Translations under genes and position numbers: made by a program
Shown: piece by piece, positions 6,951 through 14,617 of the stretch
Position numbering within the stretch: the stretch's first letter is position 1
Layout: every line of letters starts with the position of its first letter
Origin: Zygophlyctis sp. KS116
Taxonomy: Eukaryota > Fungi > Chytridiomycota
NCBI GenBank assembly: GCA_054661495.1
Contig: BAAFSQ010000246.1
Location: forward strand, 1-14,617
Direction of reading: 5' to 3'
DNA: 14,617 nucleotides
Notes under the pieces: model-generated
What the model was told of the DNA's origin: nothing
The model's database searches: none
Seen by the model: the letters and a program-made list of their open reading frames with translations, nothing else

Positions 6951-9352
6951 ATGGATTTGTATTCTCAATTGTTGATGCTGATTAAAGGTCAAAAAGAACT
7001 ATTATGTTCTATAGACTTGATAAAGGAAATGATGTTTGATAATCTGACAATTCCAAAAGATTTAATTCATTTGTTATTAAGAGAAGCTGGGAAAAGAAGG
7101 GATTCAGAGACTGTGTTTCAATTATATAATCTATTAAAAAATAATTGGATAGAGTCTGAACGGATACTGATTCTAAAAACTCTAATTTCTTGTGGAAATT
7201 CATCTATGTTTTTAAAGATTTTTACAAAAGTACAATTATCTATTACAGATTTTACTAGACTATGGGAAACTGCAACAGAATTAAAGGAAAATGATATTAT
7301 ACAGATTTTGTTTGATTATATTCTAGGAAAAGTTGAAGAAGAGAAAAATTGGGATTTCGGGAATAGAATTATGGATAGATTGTTGGGATTAAAGTCTTTT
7401 AACAATATTTTAATTCTATTAGATAGAATTTATGAATGGAAAGTAAATGCATCAGATATTTTAGATTTAAAAACAATGGTCAGATTAATAGACTATTTAG
7501 GGAGTACAGGGGATTATAAAAGGTCTTTTAAACTTATTTTTGAATTGGAAAATCCAGAAATTATACATTTTACAATTCTAGGGATATTTAAAGATACATT
7601 TTTGAAAAATAGGCATTTTGAATTGGCTCAACAAGTAAGGATTTTTGGATTTTTAACTTTAAAGGCGTTTTCTTGGATAACAAGTAAATTACAATTAGAC
7701 TATAGAGATTTTAACATCTTGCAAGGGTATTTGGCTTTTGCAATTTATGCAACAAGAGATCCTCTAGATGTTTTTGAAGCTTTTACAAAATTACATGGAA
7801 TTGGAGTTGTTTTTTCACAAGAGCTTTTAAGTCAATTATTTGATTATAGCATTGAATTAAGGCATCCAGAAATTTTAATCAAGTTGTACTCTCATGTTTT
7901 GGTAAAGGATTATCAAATTTCTTGTGAATTTTACTCTAATATGATTGATTTGGCAATTAAACTAAATATGAAGGATGAAGCCATCATTTTTTATAGGTTA
8001 GCAAAGGAGAGTCAAGTACCGATTGGGCGTGATGTTTTGGGAATATTAAAGGAAAAGCAATATATAAATCATGATGAAGTTTTAGAAGATATTGAAATTT
8101 CATATTCAAAACTGGATGATAGGACTATTATGCCTCTTGTTGATCAAGAGGAGTCGTTAAACCAGATTTATCAGAATTTAAATACTACAAATTCAACATA
8201 TCAAGATGCTGCAGTTTTTGATGATCAATTGATTCAGAATTATTCTGTAGATAATCTTTTGGGTTTTATGCAAGATATGACAAAATGTGCAGATTGGGAA
8301 AATGCAGTTAAATTGATTCCTAGAATTTTAAATGAAGTTCTCCCAAATCTTGCAGAAGATGATTTATTTCCTATAGCTTGTTATATTCTAATATCAGCCA
8401 CAGAAAAAAGAGAAAGTGTAGATCGTCTCATTCAATTGTATAGTATGCTCAGAAATCATATCAAGATACCTCTACCAGAACATACATTGATTAAACTGAT
8501 TGACTTGTTTTGTAAGAATCAAAGATTTATGGATGCAGCACAGTTGGTCAAAGATATGCGGAAATTATGCATGTCTGTTAGTCCAGAGGGGATCCGAATA
8601 TATGTCTGTGAACTGGAGCGTAATTATGGAAAATCAGCCTTTAGTTTACTTTTACAACTTTTTTATCTTGCAGTCGAAAACGGAGCATTTAGAATGCCCA
8701 AATTTGCTTTCCATTCATGGGGAATGGTATCTACAGCTTGGTCTGATACATTTGTAAAGTTGGCAATCATTCGTCTCCTTCATTTTGTACGCTCTAAACT
8801 TTTTGAAGGCGACTGGGATAATTTACCAACAGTTGAAATTTTTGTTCCTTTTAAACTGCATATTCACTCACCTGATTACCTTAAAGGAGAGAGTGTATGT
8901 AAAGAAATCAGACATTGGTTAGAGAATGAATTATTGCCTCCTCTTGAAGTTGAAGATCAGAGATTAAACTCTTCACCAATGGGAAGAGTAAGCGAAAAAT
9001 GGGCTCTTTATATCCAGCCTTCTAGTATTCGTGATTGGATAAAAGAATCTGAAAATATGTGCTTACCGGATATTTTCCCATATTCTACAATGTCTGATTG
9101 GGATAATTCCAGTACATTGTCTGTAGATCTTATTCATCGGGTAAATCTAATTTTAGAATCTTACTATAGGCCACAAACTTGGTAATTCCGTGTTTTGAGT
9201 CTCTAAATCCCTATCAACCTGTTGGATCATCTTATGCTTATGGGAAGAATTCGATGGTTAATTATATTTCTAAATCAAGACATCATCCATACTCACAAGA
9301 GGAGACAAAACCATTTGCAAAAAATAGGCGCATTGTGGCGTCGTGGAAATGA
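6951..9352 (+). CDS. Pentatricopeptide-repeat-like helical protein with a degenerate SMR/TOPAZ1-like C-terminal domain; join(6951..7634,7665..9140,9170..9352), about 780 aa
   Basis: PPR-like units: TMVRLIDYLGSTGDYKRSFKLI, FYSNMIDLAIKLNMKDEAIIFY, TLIKLIDLFCKNQRFMDAAQLVKDM. The first ATG is at 6951. Two introns are predicted: 7635-7664 (30 nt, in-frame, stopless) and 9141-9169 (29 nt), the latter opening a 60-codon last exon. Unspliced, the ORF stops at 9185. Confidence 0.7.
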
Positions 9353-11319
9353 ATCATAATCGCAAATGGTCACTCTCTGCAGAAGCAGACCCCATACTGA
9401 TTGAGCAATCCAAAAGACCAGAATCTATTTCTTCTCAGACTGATTCTAATGAGCAACCAGATAATTATTATCCTGTGCCTGGAAATCGTCGGCTATCTAG
9501 TTTTCCCCATAATTCTGTTCCAACAAACATTCCCAAAGCTTCCACATTTAAAATGTTTTTACACTCTCCCTCTGTATCTCACTCTTTTCCCAAACCAGAC
9601 TTTAACATGGGAATTTCCCCCTCTGATAAGCAAGTTTTATCAAACCATCTAATGGAAGACTCTCAGACATTTGGCTCAGTTTCTCATTCTTTGCTTGGGG
9701 GAGAAACTACTAGAGATATTTATCAATGGAAGGAAAAACAACAAAGTACAAGTAGAAAACGTAGAAATTCCGAACCGAATTTGGTTCTTATTGATGAAAA
9801 TGAGGAATCTATAGTTTACGCTTCAGAATTAAGAGAACCGGGAGTGTTTAGAAGATTTTTTATGGCTGCCAAAGCTGCAAGGTAATGTAATTTTGAATTT
9901 CTGATCAGCAGGGAAGGGAAAGCAGCACCAGTTATTACAAAGAATTTTATAGATTTTCTAGTTTTATATGGGACTTATGGCGGTGATGTTTGCCCCAGTG
10001 ATGATGAAGAAGATGAAGAAGAAAGTGAAGATGCTCCTTTGCTGAGATCTAAATCTCGTACTCCAAGTCAAAATACTCAGGTTCAGGGGACTTCTGCAAA
10101 GAAGGCATTCTTTATGCTTTTGAAGGCATTTGTTGGAACTGGTGTTCTTTTTTTACCACAGGCATTTAAAAATGGTGGAATGGGATTCTCAATTGTAATT
10201 TTAATCTTTTTAGGATACTTGAATCTTTATTGTATGAACTTGTTGGTTGAAGCGAGTATTGTAATGGGTGGACTATCTTTTGGTGATATGGCACATCAAC
10301 TCTTTGGATCTGGTTTTAAAAAATTGGTTTTAGGATCAATAGCTATTTCTCAGGTATGAAATATTTAATTTAATTTCTAGATGGGATTTAGTTGTGCGTA
10401 CTATATTTTCGTTGCAGCAAATTTACGATATTTAACTCTACTTGCAACAAGTTGTAGATGGGACTTTCCTCAATGGTTTTTTATGGCGATACAGGTATTA
10501 GTGTATGTCCCATTATCATGGGTCAGGAAAATTAAATCATTTTCAACAACGTCTTTAATAGCAGACGTTTTTATTCTGTTTGGATTGGTCTATATTTTAT
10601 CTTTTGATATTTTTAAAATTTCTTCTCGAGGCATTGCAAAAGACTTACTTTGGATTAATTTAGAATCATTTCCTTTACTTATAGGGACTGCAATGTTTGC
10701 ATTTGAAGGTATTTGCTTAATTTTACCAATTGCTGGATCAATGAAGAAACCAGAGCAATTTTCTTCAGTTATTACATGGTGTATGTTTACTATTGTAGTT
10801 GTACTAACTGTGATTGGATCCATGGGTTACTTAGCTCTTGGTAATGATGTTAGCACTGTAATTTTTCTGGATCTTCCTCAAGGTTCTTTTCCGAATGGAT
10901 TACAATTTTTATATGTGATTGCTATAATTCTATCTTTCCCATTATGTGTGTATCCAGCAATTCGTATAACTGAACAAGGCATATTTGGACACAAAAATGG
11001 CAAATCTTCACGCTTGGTTAAATGGCAAAAGAATATTTTCCGTACTCTATTAGTATCATTTCTAGGAGTCGTGGCATGGGCTGGTTCTGATTCATTAGAC
11101 AAGGTAGTATCTCTTGTTGGATGCCTTGCATGTATCCCACTCAGTTTTATTTACCCAGCAATGTTTCATTACAAGATCACTACATCTCAGTTTTACAAGA
11201 CTATTGATATATTACTAATAGTGTTTGGTACTATTTCAATGATATATACTACATTTGTTACACTACAGCAATGGGCTGTGAATGCCCCATCACCTCAAAA
11301 AGATCCTTGTAGAATATAG
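9349..11319 (+). CDS. Vacuolar neutral amino-acid transporter, AVT3/AVT4 (Aa_trans/SLC36-like); join(9349..9881,9912..10353,10381..11319), about 637 aa
   Basis: Avt3/4-type N-terminal motifs LLGGETTRDIYQW, PGVFRRFF and TKNFIDFLVLYG, then KKAFFMLLKAFVGTGVLFLPQAFKNGG and FAFEGICLILPI, with multiple TM segments. Introns 9882-9908/9911 and 10354-10380. The start is the first in-frame ATG after the TAG at 9325-9327. Confidence 0.92.
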
Positions 11320-11377
11320 TAAAAAACATTTTTCGTTGAAGCGTTTTCTCTCACGCGCCTAGGCGAAACCAATCAAA
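11320..11377 (+). promoter_or_regulatory. 58-bp intergenic spacer with a CpG-rich element and the palindrome CGCCTAGGCG (11356-11365); candidate VPS35 core promoter
   Basis: Perfect 10-bp palindrome ending 12 nt upstream of the VPS35 ATG in an otherwise AT-rich context. Function is inferred only. Confidence 0.4.
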
Positions 11378-14300
11378 ATGGTGAATACTCCTCCGTCCAC
11401 TCCCAGTCTTGAAGACCAAGGAAAACTACTCGATGAGGCTTTACAAGTTGTCAAGATGCAATCGTTTCACATGAAAAAGTTTCTTGTAATCAATCAGTCT
11501 GACCATAGGAGAATAATAAACTGATGGAAGCGTTAAAGCACACATCCAATTTTCTATCAGAGTTAAGAAGTTCTTCGTTGAGCCCAAAAAATTATTATCA
11601 ACTGTGTAATAATTCTATACATTAATGCAAAAGATATTGTTATTTTTGATGAACTTGCGCACTTAAGCGGATACCTCTACGATTCCCATAAAAATGAAGG
11701 AAACCAACTAGCAGACTTGTATGAACTTGTACAGTATGCTGGCAATATTTTGCCAAGACTCTATTTGATGATTACAGTTGGATCAGTTTACCTAAGAGTT
11801 GCAAAAGAACGGGCAAATTCAGAGTTGCCGCCAAGTAAAGAAATAATTAGGGATATGTTGGAAATGGCTAGAGGAATACAGCATCCCACTAGGGGGCTAT
11901 TTTTAAGATATTATCTCTCAGTCATGATAAGAGACTATTTACCTGATAGTTCAATCGAAGGGTAATTAGAAAACTCTAAATTTAGGCCTAATGGAACAAT
12001 CATCGATTCTGTTCATTTCATTCTCTCAAATTTTATGGAAATGAATAAATTATGGGTCAGGTTGCAGCATCAGGGGCATTCCAGGGAACGAGAAAAACGT
12101 GAAAGTGAAAGGAAAGAGTTAAAGTTACTCGTAGGATCTAATTTGGTTCGATTGAGTGGTTTAGAAGCTATGGATTTGGAGCTTTATAAAAATGTAAAAT
12201 TTAAATCAGTAATATTAGACAGTTTTACCAAGCATTTTGGAGGAAATAGTTTGCTGTAGAGATGTAATCGCGCAAGAATATTTAATGGAAGTAATTATCC
12301 AGGTAGAGATATTATCCCGTATTAATTTTAAGGTTATACAGGATGATTTTCATTTGCATACATTGGATTCTTTTTTAAATGCCACTGCCAAACTGGAGAG
12401 AAATGTAAATATAAAGCAAATAGTTATAAGCATTATTGATCGCTTTGCAAATTATGCTGCTCGAATCCAAAATGAAAATTCAGAACTGGATAGTAATTGT
12501 TTATAGTTTAATAGGTAGCATCGGCTTCCGGGATACCAGATAATGTAAAATTATTTGACGTGTTCTGGAATCAAATTATTGAAATTGTAGATGTAATTTA
12601 TTTTTGGCTCAATTTTAGGCTCGCCCAGAGCTACTCCTCGAGGATGTAATTTCTTTATTAGTGTCTCTTTCAAACCTCTGCACTAATTGCTATCCGAACC
12701 GCATTGAATACATCGATACCATATTTGGATATGCCAAAAATCGTATTTTGGCAAGAAAAAATGCCGAAGGGTATTTAAAAATCTTGAACGCTAACATTAT
12801 AGATTCGAGGAATTCTCAAAAGAAGCTAATGAAACGATATTTCAACTACTGCTATCCCCCATAAATGCATTTTCATCAAATCTCCTGGTTTTTTTAAACT
12901 TTCCATCCAGCTCATCTGTTACAAAGTTAGAAGATGGATTACTTGGAGGGAACTATTCTGAACTCCTTTTTTCTCAAAATTATTTGATAAGGCGACAGAT
13001 ATCGCATGAAATAGCTAAAACTGCTTTGAAAGCTTCCCTTTCTTCGGATTTTGTCATTGACAGCGTAGATGGTGTTGATTTGTTTTTCGGAGAGCTATGC
13101 GATACAATAATTCGTAATCAAAAAGATGGTGATCTATTTGGAACTAGAGGACCGATGCTTGAAAATAAGCCTGAAAATGATATAAAATTAGAATGGGAAG
13201 ATATTGTAGAAGAACAATCTCTTGTATCACGTTTGATTCAGTTGATAAAATCATCTAATGGTGCTGCAAATGATGAATTTACGGTATTTTCAATTTCTAA
13301 ATTATTAGTTACTCACTGCAGCTAGAGCACATTTAGGCCAGGGTGGTGAAGTCAGAATTAGATTTAGTCTTCCAGCTATAGTTTTGAATGCCGTCAGAAT
13401 TTTTAAATTCCATTATGACAATAACGTAAAATAGTTTTATATTTAAGTATAGAAAGACATGGTCTTTGATCACGTAGGACTCCTCAAATTTATACACCAA
13501 ACGATATGCTCTCTTGGTGAAATTAGAGAGTACTTGCCGGACAACGAATCCATTCGTGATAGTCGCTCCCAGATACTTAAACAATCATATAATCTACTGC
13601 CAGCTCCTGAAATGGCTCTTAGATTGTTTCTACTTGGTGCTAAAATCTCAGATGAATCCAATCAAGAAGAGCTTGCTTATGAATTTATAGTGCAGGCATT
13701 GACAGTATACGAAGAAGCCATATCAGAATCTAAGGCTCAATTTGCTTGTATGACCCTGATAATTGGGCGCTTATGTTCCGTTTCTGTATTTGGATATGAA
13801 AACTATGAAACTTTAATTACAAAATGTGCAGTTCACTGCTCAAGACTGTTAAAACGGGCTGATCAGTCTCGTGGGCTCATTCTTGCAAGTCACTTGTTTT
13901 GGGGGGATGAATCTTTAAAACGCAATGAAGATAAGCCTGTTTATCGTGATAGCAAAAAAGTAGTTGAACTCTTATTGCGTTCTACTAAAATAGCCGAGTC
14001 TGTCATGGATAAAAGCGTAAGTATTGATCTTTTAATTGGAATTTTGGATCGATATACATGGCACTATGAAGCAGGAAATGATCAAATAACTCCTCGCATC
14101 ATTAATTCATTAATTCAAAATATTAGTGATTCTCTTAAAGGAATGGACATAGAAACCCAATTAGTAGAGACGGACGTACATTCTCCATCACTATTTGATT
14201 CAAAGTCATCTTCTAACCGTATATCTCCAGTTATATTTGCACATTACCAAAATACTCTAAATTACATATCGCATAAAAAACAATCAGAAAGTGAATCCCT

Positions 14301-14385
14301 GGATGCAAGCATATCTGGTGTTTTAAATTCAGGGTTTGGGGGCGAAGCTAAAGGACGATGGGGAGATTTCTTAACCAATTTATAG
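11378..14385 (+). CDS. VPS35: Retromer subunit VPS35; join(11378..11485,11509..11605,11634..11961,11986..12193,12219..12302,12333..12492,12519..12592,12619..12770,12803..13283,13309..13425,13453..14385), 913 aa
   Basis: Signature motifs [71 protein letters not shown] and [11 protein letters not shown]. Ten introns of 23, 28, 24, 25, 30, 26, 26, 32, 25 and 27 nt restore one frame. Confidence 0.96.
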
Positions 14386-14540
14386 CTTTTATCGAACTAA
14401 AAATGATTATATAATTTTATCCTGCGCATTTTTCTGAAAGCATAATCTATTTGGAATTCTAATTCCGTGAATCTTGTTCGATAGACCATACATGTTATAT
14501 TTTGGCTTTATAATAATGTGACAATTATCCGAAATCACAA

Positions 14541-14617
14541 GCAGATATGGCCGAGCGGTCTATGGCGGAGGTCTTAAGATCCTCTCTCGAAAGAGGCGTG
14601 GGTTCGAACCCCACTGT
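14541..14617 (+). tRNA. tRNA-Leu(UAA), intronless, 3' end cut by the window edge
   Basis: Acceptor 5' strand GCAGATA; A-box/D-arm TGGCCGAGCGG; anticodon loop CT-TAA-GA (TAA at 14575-14577) in stem GAGGT/TCCTC; long variable arm CTC-GAAA-GAG; T-arm GTGGG-TTCGAAC-CCCAC. Confidence 0.93.

Noticed and set aside
7009-13661. Small ORFs 7009..7203, 8500..8757, 9401..9652, 10590..10823, 10878..11102, 13333..13584, 13470..13661
   Set aside because: All lie inside better-supported genes in other frames or strands.
1014-14385. Fragmented ORFs as pseudogenes, programmed frameshifts or an alternative genetic code
   Set aside because: Every break is explained by a GTA...AG segment of 23-34 nt whose removal restores conserved motifs. 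TAA, TAG and (in the spliced PPR model) TGA all serve as stops.
14567-14584. U31-U39 mismatch in the tRNA anticodon stem as a sign of a pseudo-tRNA or recoding
   Set aside because: A mismatch at 31-39 is tolerated in functional tRNAs, and the long variable arm agrees with Leu identity.

Overview
This is a eukaryotic, AT-rich and very compact genomic window in the standard genetic code. The proteins look fungal, and an early-diverging, chytrid-like lineage is my inference. By manual splicing I reconstruct nine protein-coding genes plus a 3'-truncated tRNA-Leu(UAA): RPP2(-), RPL31(+), squalene epoxidase ERG1(-), a catalytically degenerate GH47 mannosidase-like protein(+), DET1(+), a WDR53-like WD40 protein(-), a PPR protein with an SMR/TOPAZ1-like C-terminus(+), an AVT3/4-type amino-acid transporter(+) and VPS35(+). 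The ORF track is fragmented because the genes carry 25 ultra-short GTA...AG introns of 23-34 nt. Once spliced, two gene pairs overlap. DET1 and the WD40 gene share a palindromic TTATAA that holds both stop codons. The PPR gene's TGA overlaps the transporter's ATG in a prokaryote/virus-style ATGA junction, a candidate bicistronic or termination-reinitiation locus. All family calls come from motif recognition by eye; no searches were run.
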